NCBI GenBank assembly: GCA_018818125.1
Contig: JAHISQ010000120.1
Span: 4,658 to 68,657, forward strand
DNA from: Candidatus Rifleibacteriota bacterium
GTDB lineage: Bacteria; Muiribacteriota; Ozemobacteria; Ozemobacterales; Ozemobacteraceae
Direction of reading: 5' to 3'
DNA length: 64,000 nt
Shown here piece by piece: positions 47,562 to 58,211 of this stretch. How positions within the stretch are numbered: position 1 is the first letter of the stretch; each line of letters begins with the position of its first letter. Made by a program: the position numbers and the translations under genes. The notes below the pieces were generated by a model. It was not told the DNA's origin. It saw only the letters and a list, made by a program, of their open reading frames with translations, and ran no database searches.

Positions 47562-48378
47562 CCTAGTGAAAAACCATCATTTTATTAAAAACCCGAGCAT
47601 TGACAGGGATGGCGTAACGCTGATCGAAATAGCAATTGCCATGCTAATTCTTGCAACCAGTCTTATACCTATTTTTGGTCTCATGACCAAAAGCACGAAA
47701 GACTCTGATGCAACCTTGACCAGAGCGTTTGCGATAAATTACGCCAAATCGGTTTTATCTACCATAATTGATGATATTCCTTTTGCTGATATTCGACTGG
47801 GAGCTCCCGCTATTATTGCAGAAAGCTCCAAAGACAAGGCGGAAGCTTTGTTTCCAGGCGCAGTTTCAGCCTCCGGCGGGATAGCCTGTAATGGAATCGC
47901 CAGCGATGCCAGAGGGATAAATTATCGTATTTTTGTTAGATCTGATGCTGTCATGGACACTACAGACGGCTACAACGATGGGGAATTTTATTTTTCGTAT
48001 TATCCCAACCCGGATGTTGAAAGTCAGCCCAAATGGGACGTTCTGCAGCAGAATGCTTTGAAAAATGAAGATATAGACAATATTCCATCGGTTTTCTCCA
48101 AAACCGATCCCCCAGGTTTAAAATCTCCTTATCGCTATTATGGTGCTGACGTTCCCGCAGGCAGATGGGGGCCGGCTGAAGAGGCTGCTGGCAACAAAAT
48201 TCTTGTTGATCAGAGAGAAGTGACCCAACTTGATTCAGATGGCAATGTTTATTTGATGCAGCGGCTCGTACTACAAATAAGATGGAATATGGACAGCGCA
48301 TATTATAAAGATCCTGATGAAGAAAAGGGTCGCCCGGTGAAGCTTCAGATCGTTACCTTCAAGGCAAATCTGGATTAA
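47551..48378 (+). CDS. Prepilin-type N-methylation protein (PilV-like minor pilin)
   Basis: RDG|VTLIEIAIAMLIL class III signal with Glu at +5. Confidence 0.82.
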   Translation: MENSLVKNHHFIKNPSIDRDGVTLIEIAIAMLILATSLIPIFGLMTKSTKDSDATLTRAFAINYAKSVLSTIIDDIPFADIRLGAPAIIAESSKDKAEALFPGAVSASGGIACNGIASDARGINYRIFVRSDAVMDTTDGYNDGEFYFSYYPNPDVESQPKWDVLQQNALKNEDIDNIPSVFSKTDPPGLKSPYRYYGADVPAGRWGPAEEAAGNKILVDQREVTQLDSDGNVYLMQRLVLQIRWNMDSAYYKDPDEEKGRPVKLQIVTFKANLD

Positions 48379-48381
48379 ATT

Positions 48382-49203
48382 ATGACTATTAAAGAAAAAA
48401 AAGGGTTCGCGATAGCTTTGGTTCTGGTTTTGAGCTCGATTCTGTTGTTGACTTCCATAACCCTGTTCAGAACCGGCAGGGAGTATAACGCTCACGTAAA
48501 AAACGATTTCAGCGAGCTGCAGGCTTACTATATGGCTGTTTCTGCCATTCAACATACTCAACTGAAGGTTAAATATTTTCCGACTGAGTTATATGACGCC
48601 AGTGAATTTAGTCTCGGCAAAAACCCGATGTTCGATTTTTCCATTCTTTCCAACGACGAATATGATTCTCTGTCTCCTATGGTCAAGTCAGAATACTCTT
48701 CAGTCTCTCCTCATTTTCGCAAGGCGAGCCCAAACAACTCAGGGCCAAGATTTCTCTCGGCTGGCACCATGTCAACAGATAACAATGAAAAATGGTTTCA
48801 ATTAAATTCTCTGGATTCAGCCGATGCAAATCTTGTTGATTCAAGTTGGTTTTCTGACGGGTGGCCGAAAGACAAGAAATTTCAGCCTATCAAAAATTCA
48901 GATCTGTATTTGTGGAAATACGCGAGAGATATCGCCAATCTTAAGGATATTCAGCCAGCACTTTCGTGTGATGCCGGCAAGGTTTCTGCAAATCCGAATT
49001 CTCTTGATGTTTCATCGTCCAATGAACTTCCCTATGAAGCTACTTACCAGATAGTTGATATTAGAGTTATATCAACCACAGACCAGAAAAGGCTTAATGA
49101 AGAAGTTGTTTCATTTACCGGTGTTGGTTCTATAAAAGTCCCGGTTACCGGCGAAATCATAACTTACGAAATCAATAAAAAGATAAAAGTGAGGCGAAAA
49201 TAG
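48382..49203 (+). CDS. PilX/GspK-like minor pilin
   Basis: KKG|FAIALVLVL lacking Glu5, followed by QAYYMAVSAIQ, typical of the PilX N-terminus. Confidence 0.78.
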   Translation: MTIKEKKGFAIALVLVLSSILLLTSITLFRTGREYNAHVKNDFSELQAYYMAVSAIQHTQLKVKYFPTELYDASEFSLGKNPMFDFSILSNDEYDSLSPMVKSEYSSVSPHFRKASPNNSGPRFLSAGTMSTDNNEKWFQLNSLDSADANLVDSSWFSDGWPKDKKFQPIKNSDLYLWKYARDIANLKDIQPALSCDAGKVSANPNSLDVSSSNELPYEATYQIVDIRVISTTDQKRLNEEVVSFTGVGSIKVPVTGEIITYEINKKIKVRRK

Positions 49204-49204
49204 C

Positions 49205-49960
49205 TTGTTATCTTCTAAACAGAACAGACTCGCATTTACTCTTGTCGAGGTTATAGTTGCCTGTGGCGTCGTATCGCTTTTTCTTACTGGTGTCTATACT
49301 CTTTTTGGTGGTGGGCAACGCATAGCGGCAAAGTCAACCTGGCTGCAATATACAATAGATCGTCACCGACTCACTCAACAGGCGATTTTTAAAGCGATCA
49401 AAACCAGCAGTTACCCATCGACAATACTTCCGTCAAAAATTTATGATGCCGGTGGTACCGAGGAGAATCCCGGTGCCAATGCCAGTGCTTATTTTATCAG
49501 CATCGTATCTGGAGCAGGCAAATTTAAAAGTGCAGATATTATAAGTAAGAATAGTGGGATTTTTCTAGTCACAATGCGGTCAGAGCCCGAAATGACTAAA
49601 TTCCAGGATAGTTCAGAAAATAAAGCTGGATCAATTTGTTGGAGTGTTTTTACGATGAAGCCCTCGCCGAATGGCCAAAATTTGGGTACAATATATATGG
49701 AGGAGAGAGTAGCTTCTTATTCCACTAGTTCTCCTTCATACGCGGAATCGCTTAATCTCAAATATGATGCGGCCCCGGTGCTGAAGTCTTTCAAACTGGC
49801 CGAGGATGTTGATTGGATCGAGTTTGGCGTCGAAACTGCCGGCTATGTACCTTCTGAAATAAAAATTACCCTGTCATCCAAATATTACAGAGATGAAAAT
49901 CTCACAAGACAGTCGGTTATAAAAATGGTTCCCAATGTTGGTGTGAAAACTGGTTCTTGA
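49205..49960 (+). CDS. Prepilin-type protein (PilW/PulJ-like minor pilin)
   Basis: RLA|FTLVEVIVACGV class III signal. Confidence 0.82.
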   Translation: MLSSKQNRLAFTLVEVIVACGVVSLFLTGVYTLFGGGQRIAAKSTWLQYTIDRHRLTQQAIFKAIKTSSYPSTILPSKIYDAGGTEENPGANASAYFISIVSGAGKFKSADIISKNSGIFLVTMRSEPEMTKFQDSSENKAGSICWSVFTMKPSPNGQNLGTIYMEERVASYSTSSPSYAESLNLKYDAAPVLKSFKLAEDVDWIEFGVETAGYVPSEIKITLSSKYYRDENLTRQSVIKMVPNVGVKTGS

Positions 49961-49986
49961 GTGTGGCTAGGAGGCCTTTTGAATAA

Positions 49987-50988
49987 ATGAAATCGAAAAA
50001 CTTTCTGGTGATAATGCTGATTTTGCTTATTGTGTCTGTTGGGCAACTATCTGGCGTGCAACAGGGCAACCCTGCCGATACTGCCCCTCAACAGATGATA
50101 ATAGGTCTGGTTGATGTTTCAGCAGTTATAGCTTTTCACCCGGTTATGAGAAATTTTGATTATCATGCACAAAAATTTGTAAGACCCTGGAACGGTCAAA
50201 GGTATCCTACCGCCCAGGAAGCCTGGGATGGCAACAAAGAACTCATCATCAAGATCAAGAGTGTTGAAGCAAAGATACTAAAACAGATTCAAGCGGTAAA
50301 TCTGGCTCTTAACGAATATTCAAAACAAAAAATCAAACTTGCCGAGAAAGAAAGCGCTTTAGAAGAGCTTAAGAAGCTGAACAAAAGCAAAGTTGAAATG
50401 CTGGCAACGTTGACCCGCAGTACCATCGGCGTTTTTCCCGAAAATGACTTTTTTGAAGCTGATGAGCAGACTGGTAACTACGTAATGGGCGAAATAAGAA
50501 GAGCTGTTTACGAAGTTGCGTTAAGAAACCAGGCTGCCTTTGTTTTTAACACATCTCAATTGGCCATTTCGGGAAGCGAAAGCGTAGCCATGCAACAACC
50601 AGGAAAAGAAGATCCGGTCAGCATACTGCAACGCTTTGGCATTGCTAACCTTGAGGACTTGAGACGACTATTGTTTGAAACCGGCAAAAACGAGCAGTCA
50701 CCTTATGGCAAAGCCCCTGGAAAAATGGACTTTCGCAAGGGGCCAAGCGGTGAGCATTTTGACCAGATAAAAGACCCGGCGCACGTTCAGGTTTTGATGG
50801 ATGAATATTACCAGAATCGCGATATTTTCAGTAATGCCCTGAAAAAATATGGTTCGGGAAGTTTTCTGCTGCACGGCGGGGCATCGGTCTTAGAGAAGAA
50901 CATTACCCGAGAGGTAATTCAATATATCTTTGATCTGCATAAAACAAAAGCCATTGTGACTGAATCTGCCTTTAAGGCGTTGAAATAG
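49987..50988 (+). CDS. OmpH/Skp-like periplasmic chaperone with an insertion
   Basis: Signal peptide, IGLVDVSAVI, coiled coil, IRRAVYEVA...FVFN, terminal NITREVI. Confidence 0.65.
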   Translation: MKSKNFLVIMLILLIVSVGQLSGVQQGNPADTAPQQMIIGLVDVSAVIAFHPVMRNFDYHAQKFVRPWNGQRYPTAQEAWDGNKELIIKIKSVEAKILKQIQAVNLALNEYSKQKIKLAEKESALEELKKLNKSKVEMLATLTRSTIGVFPENDFFEADEQTGNYVMGEIRRAVYEVALRNQAAFVFNTSQLAISGSESVAMQQPGKEDPVSILQRFGIANLEDLRRLLFETGKNEQSPYGKAPGKMDFRKGPSGEHFDQIKDPAHVQVLMDEYYQNRDIFSNALKKYGSGSFLLHGGASVLEKNITREVIQYIFDLHKTKAIVTESAFKALK

Positions 50989-51012
50989 GTGAAGTATCCG
51001 GGAGGTACGGAC

Positions 51013-54000
51013 ATGTTAAGACGATTATTTTTGTTGCTGGCAATATTTTGTATTTTCAGTCAGGTTTTATCTGCTGCAACCAGTTTTTATCGTGAAAACA
51101 GGAACGGCAAGGTTTTTGTGCTTCAGGTCGACCCGGATACCGGTATTGAAACCGTATTTAACGCACAAAAAAGTAAAATTTTTCTGGCACCTGGTGCTAA
51201 GAGGCTGTCCGTAATTCCGACCGCCGGCTGGGGAGATTATACAAGCAACAAAGATCCTCTTGGAAACAGCCTGGCACCGGGAGAACAGCCGGGTGACTCC
51301 AGAGGGATAATAACTTTGCGTCAAGGCTCGAACCCAGCAAAAGTCATATATGAAATCTATTCCGGCACCACCAAGATTCACTCAATAGAAGATACAAGCA
51401 GAACTGTTTTTCCAGACAATTTTGACGTGTCATGTAGCCAGTTTGTAGGAAAAAACAGAAATGTTCTGCGAGTTTATCTTTATTTGTCAGCTTACAAGAA
51501 CTGGGGACCAACACTTTTCAGATTTGAGTTTGACAATTTTGTTCTGCAGAATGCGCGCTATAAAAACTCCAATTCCTCACAAACGCAGAATTGGCAGGCG
51601 GCTAACGTGCTCGAATCCGGTTCTATGGGCAGCGCTCAGACAATAGAAATTAACGCTGCCGGTTCTGATGAAAAAGATCTTGTTGTTTATGAGCCCTCCA
51701 GAAAATATTCCTTGCAACATCTATGGGATGCATCTAAGAACAGTGGCGTGTGGGGCATAAATTATCTTATGACCGACAACCATGTTTTTAAGGCCAAACC
51801 ACTGAATCCGCTAACTTCTGCTGAGGCGAATATGAATGATATATTCGACGTTTCAGTCGATCTCGGCAATTCTTATATAGATACAATTCAATACATAAGA
51901 AGTTATTACAATATCGGGCTGACTTTTGTCTGGCTCAATCACAATACCAATGCGACTTTCAACAATATCCGCTACGATGTCAGAGATCCAGTTGGCCAGG
52001 ACGTTGAAGTTCGCAGTGGTTCTTATAGTGGTGCGGTTATCGATACATGCAAGATAAACCCCAATCCGGCAATACTAGGTCACAATATTACCGCTCTTTT
52101 TGGTCTTTCATGTAAAAATGCACTTTCAGGTAAAAAACTTATCGTCTATGAGCCGGTATATAAGCTGAATCAGGCAGCAATAGATGAGAACGAGTTCACT
52201 GATAACAACAAAAATAATGTTCCGGATAATTTTGATACAGATGGAAAAGGTTACTGGGGCTACCGAACCAATTTGCTTATAGATATAAACGCTGGTTCAT
52301 CACTGAGCTCAGATTATGTTCTCGACTTCGTAATTGCTCATGAATTTGATTTAACCGGGAAAACTGCTAACGACGAGTTTACTTACCAGGAACTGGCAGT
52401 AGAAAGGCGCCCGGTTGCTGATAAGGCAAAACCTTCTGAGTTTATTCCTGGTGCTGTTGTTCATATCAGAATTGGCAATATCTGGCACCGTGACCCAGAT
52501 GTGTATGGTGAATATGGCCAGTTTGGTTGGAACAGCAGTCCCGGCAATTCGATCTTTTTCTATGTCTCAAACCCTGGAAACGGCTACAACACTCAGAATA
52601 CAGCACTAATCCGTAATTCTGGCAAAATCCTTGGCGTTGAAGTTCTCGGAACTTCAAATGCCACAGCAGATTACTTTGGTGTTGTCGGAAACGATGACTG
52701 GGCATCAGGTCAGGGTGACCTTTACTTTCTCTCAAGAAAATACGGGGAATACATAAACCCCAGAATAGTCCAGAGCAACACCACGCTGGTTCCCCCCTGC
52801 ACTGGTTACGGACTGTGGTGGAAATACCAGTATGAAAGAAAAACCTTCTACGGTTCATCGCGAACCTATTGGATTAGTAGTCTTCCTTACACTGAATGGA
52901 TAAACGACGACAGCTTTTTTATTGGTAATTCGGTCTATTCGCAAAAAGTTTATACCGTTAACTGTGGTTGTCGCGGACTGAGATACGACAATTTCCAACT
53001 CGAAAAGGAAGCATCTTCACCAATCCTGGATTTTGCGATTGTCAACATTGGCGCTCCGCCTTATCTTGACGGTACTATTGCGCCCACAATAGCTGCAAAT
53101 ACAGGAAGCACCGTTATCAAGCCAAACACTCCCGTATCATTTACCGGTAGTTATGCCGATCCGGTTGGACTGATCGATCCGGCGACCGTTAAGTTCAGAT
53201 ATGTCATTTTGAATAACAGCTTTAATGATACCGATCCATCGACTGATTCCAAGCTTGTTATCGACTCTCTGGTCGAAACCGGCGATTATCTGTCGAGCCC
53301 GAACTGGATGTATGTGTTTAAAGATTCGGATCTTGCCGGCAGTAAGGTTGCCACATTCACGGTTTATCTGGGCATCAAATTTAAGTATCAGGACTATAAC
53401 AGCTTGCCATACCCAGCCTACTCCTGGTGGCCAATTCCAATGACCGAAAAATTTGCCTGGAGCAATTCGAATGGTGGTAGTTACTACGATGGTCAGATGC
53501 ATGGTTTTTTCGGTGCACCCTTAAGAATCACAGTAAATACAATCAGTGCCCTGACACCGGATAAACCGTTGCTGATTACCTCAGTGTCGGCCAATACCAA
53601 CAAGTGCAGCACTAGCACTGATTTTAGAAGCGGTCAGGTCAAGGGTGACCAGAATACAGCTATCAGGCTTAAAATAGACGGAAAGTTCAGATATCTCTCA
53701 GAAATACCTGAACCCAAAGAGAGCAACTACCAGAAAATGGGCGGTATCATGCCCTGGCCATACGGCAATCCTGGGGTTCTGAATCACTATCGAGTCAGCC
53801 TTGATGCGGCTGGCTATCAGCACAACTATGCCACCTCGCTGGGGCTGAGCTCTGACGAATTCAGTCTGGACAACAGAGGCATAGAATACGGCATTTATGT
53901 TAAATCCAGAATAAATACGAAAACCGGTGAAAAGGGTTATACTTCGACTGTGCCAGCCAATATCCTCAAGCATCTGCTGTATGACGGGGCGACACTGGCG

Positions 54001-55557
54001 TCTATCGAAGGCTGGCAGGAAATAGGCTCCGGCACCTTGGATCAGTTTTACAATCAGCATTATCACCCGATTTTCACCGATGAGAAGCCTAACGTTTCGC
54101 TGACACCTCGTGGCGATGCCAGTGGCATAAGGACTTTCGACTTTTCTCTTGTCACGCCGGTTTTTAAACTTCCTGTTCCTCTTGATAACGGCAATGACGG
54201 CAATCCATTGGGTGATTACCAGATTAAAGTCGCGTTTAGATACCCGATAGGTGGCTGGAGCCAGGTAGAGGTAGAAAATTACGATTACAGCCAGATTGTA
54301 AAAAGCTACAACTGTAACAAGACTCAAGATCAGACAATAACCAGTGATACCCTGCCGGAAAGCAAGAATGTAAAATTGCGAATATTGGATACCGAAGGCC
54401 CGGCGCTTGAAGCCTTTGATTTCGAAGTGGCAGCATCTTCGGGAGATCCAATGCCGGGTAGCGATAAGAACCTGCGCATGGTCGACAATAATCCTCATGA
54501 CTATATCAAGCGCGGCAGTTTCCCTGCGTTACGCTTCGCCTACGGCATTGGAAAAGATAAGTATCTGAATATTCAAAATGAAGATGGCGATTCACCAACT
54601 GACCCGGGCCTGGGTTTTAGCTTGGGCAAGTATGATGTGCCAGGAAACTTTGATATTTCGATTAACACCCAAAGTTCAGGTGAACAGAACTGGGCAAGCG
54701 TGGCAGGAACAATCCTGTCCTCATATTCAGTTGAAATCTCAGCATTCCCGGGCTTGTGTCGTGTAACTTACGAACCAGTAGCACGCAAATTCCTTGCTGC
54801 CAACAGTCTTTATCAGTCTGCTTTCAATGCCAATCTCTTTAACTCAAAATGGTATCTTTATGGCGGTCCTGTGCCACCCTATTCTGAAAATCCTGATGAT
54901 TACCAGATTTTCGATGGCAGTGCCAATCTGCTGGACTTTTCCAGATCTGTATATAAGGGAACAACGCAGGTTTACAACAATGATTGCCCCAATATGAGAG
55001 TTGTTCTTTCAGATTCAGCCAATCTTATGCTGATGATAGAGGTCCGAAACGGCATAAAAGACGGCAGTGCTACTATGGCTACCAGAAAGATAAAAATTTC
55101 GAATCTGAAAAACAATACCAGTCTGTTTGAAGGCAGATATCAATCAGATAAAACGCTATTGTCAGTAATGACTGCGCCGTTGATTGAAACTTACAGTCTG
55201 GCTTCCCTGGTTACTGCGCCGGCGGGTATCACCGTGTTAACGCCATTCACCGGCGAGCTTCCGGTTAAAATCATTGCCGATTCAAGATTCAAAATTACTG
55301 GAGAAGCTTATGATAACGCTGGTGTTTCTACAGTTGGAGTGACATTCAGCATAAATGATCCTAAGATAAACCTCGGTGGCTCAGACAAAGTCTCTTACAT
55401 ATTCAGAGGTGGTCAGGAAGGACAGAGCTATACAATAACTGCCACTTCAGAGGATGATGCCAAAAACAAGGTAATATTAGAGATTCCCGTCATCATCATA
55501 AGTGCAAAAGACTTTAACATAAGAACCATCGAAGAAAATATCAAAAAGCAGCGCTGA
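51013..55557 (+). CDS. Giant secreted beta-rich protein (candidate pilus-tip adhesin)
   Basis: GGAGG at 51001 before ATG 51013, signal peptide, about 1510 aa rich in N/S/T/G/Y, Ig-like C-terminal segments. Confidence 0.8.
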   Translation: MLRRLFLLLAIFCIFSQVLSAATSFYRENRNGKVFVLQVDPDTGIETVFNAQKSKIFLAPGAKRLSVIPTAGWGDYTSNKDPLGNSLAPGEQPGDSRGIITLRQGSNPAKVIYEIYSGTTKIHSIEDTSRTVFPDNFDVSCSQFVGKNRNVLRVYLYLSAYKNWGPTLFRFEFDNFVLQNARYKNSNSSQTQNWQAANVLESGSMGSAQTIEINAAGSDEKDLVVYEPSRKYSLQHLWDASKNSGVWGINYLMTDNHVFKAKPLNPLTSAEANMNDIFDVSVDLGNSYIDTIQYIRSYYNIGLTFVWLNHNTNATFNNIRYDVRDPVGQDVEVRSGSYSGAVIDTCKINPNPAILGHNITALFGLSCKNALSGKKLIVYEPVYKLNQAAIDENEFTDNNKNNVPDNFDTDGKGYWGYRTNLLIDINAGSSLSSDYVLDFVIAHEFDLTGKTANDEFTYQELAVERRPVADKAKPSEFIPGAVVHIRIGNIWHRDPDVYGEYGQFGWNSSPGNSIFFYVSNPGNGYNTQNTALIRNSGKILGVEVLGTSNATADYFGVVGNDDWASGQGDLYFLSRKYGEYINPRIVQSNTTLVPPCTGYGLWWKYQYERKTFYGSSRTYWISSLPYTEWINDDSFFIGNSVYSQKVYTVNCGCRGLRYDNFQLEKEASSPILDFAIVNIGAPPYLDGTIAPTIAANTGSTVIKPNTPVSFTGSYADPVGLIDPATVKFRYVILNNSFNDTDPSTDSKLVIDSLVETGDYLSSPNWMYVFKDSDLAGSKVATFTVYLGIKFKYQDYNSLPYPAYSWWPIPMTEKFAWSNSNGGSYYDGQMHGFFGAPLRITVNTISALTPDKPLLITSVSANTNKCSTSTDFRSGQVKGDQNTAIRLKIDGKFRYLSEIPEPKESNYQKMGGIMPWPYGNPGVLNHYRVSLDAAGYQHNYATSLGLSSDEFSLDNRGIEYGIYVKSRINTKTGEKGYTSTVPANILKHLLYDGATLASIEGWQEIGSGTLDQFYNQHYHPIFTDEKPNVSLTPRGDASGIRTFDFSLVTPVFKLPVPLDNGNDGNPLGDYQIKVAFRYPIGGWSQVEVENYDYSQIVKSYNCNKTQDQTITSDTLPESKNVKLRILDTEGPALEAFDFEVAASSGDPMPGSDKNLRMVDNNPHDYIKRGSFPALRFAYGIGKDKYLNIQNEDGDSPTDPGLGFSLGKYDVPGNFDISINTQSSGEQNWASVAGTILSSYSVEISAFPGLCRVTYEPVARKFLAANSLYQSAFNANLFNSKWYLYGGPVPPYSENPDDYQIFDGSANLLDFSRSVYKGTTQVYNNDCPNMRVVLSDSANLMLMIEVRNGIKDGSATMATRKIKISNLKNNTSLFEGRYQSDKTLLSVMTAPLIETYSLASLVTAPAGITVLTPFTGELPVKIIADSRFKITGEAYDNAGVSTVGVTFSINDPKINLGGSDKVSYIFRGGQEGQSYTITATSEDDAKNKVILEIPVIIISAKDFNIRTIEENIKKQR

Positions 55558-55617
55558 TAGCTGCTTTGCCTGAAGTCTTTTCTGGCGGCTCCGCCTGATG
55601 GAAAAGTTTGGAGCTGC

Positions 55618-56424
55618 TCAGATAAAGATTTCGGGTTGTTTGCGGTCAGCGCAGGTTTGAGAGAGGTTTTCTCTGATTTGCGGAATATGCTCTGAAACGA
55701 TTACGCGAGCGCGGCGCTTGCAGGCTTTAACACAGGCGCAGCAGAGATTGCACAGCTCCGGAGTGGTCTTGTAGGCATTTTTATAAAAAATTGCCCCGGT
55801 TGGGCATGCGGTCTGGCAGTCTCCACATTTTATGCATTTGTTGGGCATAGTTTCGGCGTGAGCTGGGCCGAGAACGGGTCTTTCCGGTAGTGGAAAAGTG
55901 CCGGGCAGTTCCAGTGTTGGCAGATCCTTGGCTGACTTGAGTGCTCTCAGTTTTTTAGCGATTTTTTCGCCAAAGCTGATTGCCAGCTTTTTATCTTCGG
56001 CGTCAGGTCGGCCTTTGGCGATTGGAAAGTCCCGGGTTGAATATGAGTGTTCTCCAACGAAAGCAGCGGCAGCCAACGGGTGTAGGCCAAGGCTGATTGC
56101 GACTTCACGCAGATCTATCAGGGCGTCGTCGTAGTGACGATTGCCGTAAACGGCAACGAGAACTGCGAGATTGCCGGCAAACTTCATGGTTTTAAGGCGT
56201 TCGATCGCAGTGATGGCAATGCGTCCGGCATAGACCGGGGCACCGATAATCACCAGATCCTTGGGTTCGACATTTATTATAGTGTCAGCGTATTCCGGGT
56301 AAGTAAAATTGTTCTCGATCAGGTTCATCGGATCGATGCCAATTCCGGCGCCGATGCTGGTAACAATTTTTTGTGTGGTGTGCGTAGGTGAATAAAAGAA
56401 CTGATTGACTCTGGCGACTAGCAT
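55618..56424 (-). CDS. EFR1-family flavodoxin-ferredoxin fusion
   Basis: YSPTHTT, GAPVYAG, VYGNRHYDDAL, GEHSY, two CxxCxxCxxxC motifs. Confidence 0.88.
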   Translation of the reverse strand: MLVARVNQFFYSPTHTTQKIVTSIGAGIGIDPMNLIENNFTYPEYADTIINVEPKDLVIIGAPVYAGRIAITAIERLKTMKFAGNLAVLVAVYGNRHYDDALIDLREVAISLGLHPLAAAAFVGEHSYSTRDFPIAKGRPDAEDKKLAISFGEKIAKKLRALKSAKDLPTLELPGTFPLPERPVLGPAHAETMPNKCIKCGDCQTACPTGAIFYKNAYKTTPELCNLCCACVKACKRRARVIVSEHIPQIRENLSQTCADRKQPEIFI

Positions 56425-56448
56425 TGGGGTTGTTCCTTACCTGTTTGA

Positions 56449-57477
56449 TTATTCTGATTCTGACATACGCGGTTCGACTTCGGCAAGAGCTTCGTCGAGA
56501 AATGACGGGCGCTCTTTGATGGCGCGAACTATTTCGAACCAGGCGCGGGCTTCTTTTATCTCACCGAGTCTGCGATGCAGTTCGCCGGTAAGGTAGCAGA
56601 AGCGGGCCTTGAGTTCGGCGTTTTTTTCTTCATTGATGGCAATTTTGAAATTTTCAATTGCCAGTCTTTGAAATCCCTGTTCACGTGCAATACTGGCTTT
56701 TAACGATTCTTCAATGCGTTTTCCGGTTTCGCCGTCAAGTATCGGAAGCAGGCTGCTCATGGCCTTAAGCGCGGTTGGATTTTCTCCGTGCTGGCGCAAA
56801 TACATCAGAGAACCAATGAGAGCCGCCCTGGCATCTTGTGGACTTGCGCTTTCGGCAATTTTGAGAAGCTCAAATGCTATTTCGACCATGGTTGTAGAAG
56901 GGTTAGCTTCGCGATTTTTGAACTTGTCAGCAAACTTTGCCTGTAAAAAATCTGCTGCCAGTTTGAGGTCTTCTTTTGGCAATGGCAGGTTATCTTCAAG
57001 TCTGACCGACCACGCGGCCGACAGGTATTGATGTGCAATCTCGCCGGCGGGTCTGTTCTCAAGCTTGCGAACTTGCGCGATCAGGTCATATTTTGCCCAG
57101 GCCGGCATTTCTGTATGATTTGTATATGAAGCAAGATCTACAGCTGGTTTTAGTGCTTTTTCCTGCATAATTGAGGCTGTGAGGGTGGCTGGTATACTCT
57201 TTTTAGCTTCACTGGAAAAATCATCGATATACCCGGAAAATCCGCATTTCAGGCAGGTCGATGGTCTGATAAGAATAGGCGAGGCTCCCATTGCTATTTG
57301 CAGAAAGTCGGTGTCGACCCCGCCGAAGTTATTGGTAGACATAAGTTCGCGTGCAGAAATGCTGCTGTTGCAAATCGGACATTGCAGCTGAACACTGCTG
57401 GAGCGGGTTGCGTCAGCACTGACAGACTGAAACAACGCTATTACCAGCAATAATATTAAACAACGTCTGTTATTCAT
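56449..57477 (-). CDS. DUF2225-like Zn-ribbon plus TPR secreted protein
   Basis: Signal peptide, CPIC...GGVDTDF...CLKCGFS, helical TPR-like C-terminus (YLTGELHRRLG). Confidence 0.78.
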   Translation of the reverse strand: MNNRRCLILLLVIALFQSVSADATRSSSVQLQCPICNSSISARELMSTNNFGGVDTDFLQIAMGASPILIRPSTCLKCGFSGYIDDFSSEAKKSIPATLTASIMQEKALKPAVDLASYTNHTEMPAWAKYDLIAQVRKLENRPAGEIAHQYLSAAWSVRLEDNLPLPKEDLKLAADFLQAKFADKFKNREANPSTTMVEIAFELLKIAESASPQDARAALIGSLMYLRQHGENPTALKAMSSLLPILDGETGKRIEESLKASIAREQGFQRLAIENFKIAINEEKNAELKARFCYLTGELHRRLGEIKEARAWFEIVRAIKERPSFLDEALAEVEPRMSESE

Positions 57478-57757
57478 AAACGCCTCCACAAACATCCTGA
57501 CTCATTTCAGATTCAGCTTAACAGGGCATGCCAGCAAAGTCAAAGGCATCTGGCACAGGACTCCTGGAACCTTCTTTGAACTGTTACTTAATCATCTTAT
57601 ATGTCTTTATGTAGATTACTTATGCTGAAAAAACATGGTTTACTATTCGTAGCTATCTGAATAAAATGTTTTGGGCCATGGCAAGGATTTATGGACGGCA
57701 TATGAGTCTGAGTCTGCAGCAATAATGTTTTACGTAATGACAAGATGGAGTATAGGC

Positions 57758-58102
57758 ATGGTTGAATTGCCTGACAGCGAAAGTGTCCAGCAAACCTCAG
57801 AGGGGCAGATTTGCCTGCAATCTTTTTCTAATGGCAGAAGCCTGTTCTGGGTCATATTTCTTTTCATGGCAGTTCAGACTCTGCTGGCACTGATAATTAA
57901 CTTTTCCGGAAATATCAGTCTCTTTTATCTGCAACCGGTCGTGTCAGTAATCTTTTGCGCACTTACGGTCAAAATTGCATTGGCGACAATGACTACGAAT
58001 TTCTCTCAGGCAGTTGCGGTTTTTCTTGTTATTCTGGCATATTTTATGGCAACAGGCTTCTTCTTTATCACTGCTATTTTTGTCGGTGGTTTGCCGGGTT
58101 GA
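57758..58102 (+). CDS. Small membrane protein of unknown function
   Basis: GGAG at 57747 before ATG 57758; three hydrophobic helices. Confidence 0.55.
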   Translation: MVELPDSESVQQTSEGQICLQSFSNGRSLFWVIFLFMAVQTLLALIINFSGNISLFYLQPVVSVIFCALTVKIALATMTTNFSQAVAVFLVILAYFMATGFFFITAIFVGGLPG

Positions 58103-58211
58103 AAACGCCAGTGCTTTTGAAACATGAAACAATCCCGGTTGTGTGTTTGCATGCGGATGTGGCGGATCTTGTGGTATACTTTCTATTATCTTTTAACTGA
58201 GGCATGGAAAA

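Noticed and set aside
46547-55557. Genomic island integrated at tRNA-Arg
   Set aside because: No second copy of the tRNA 3' end and no integrase were found by eye in the window.
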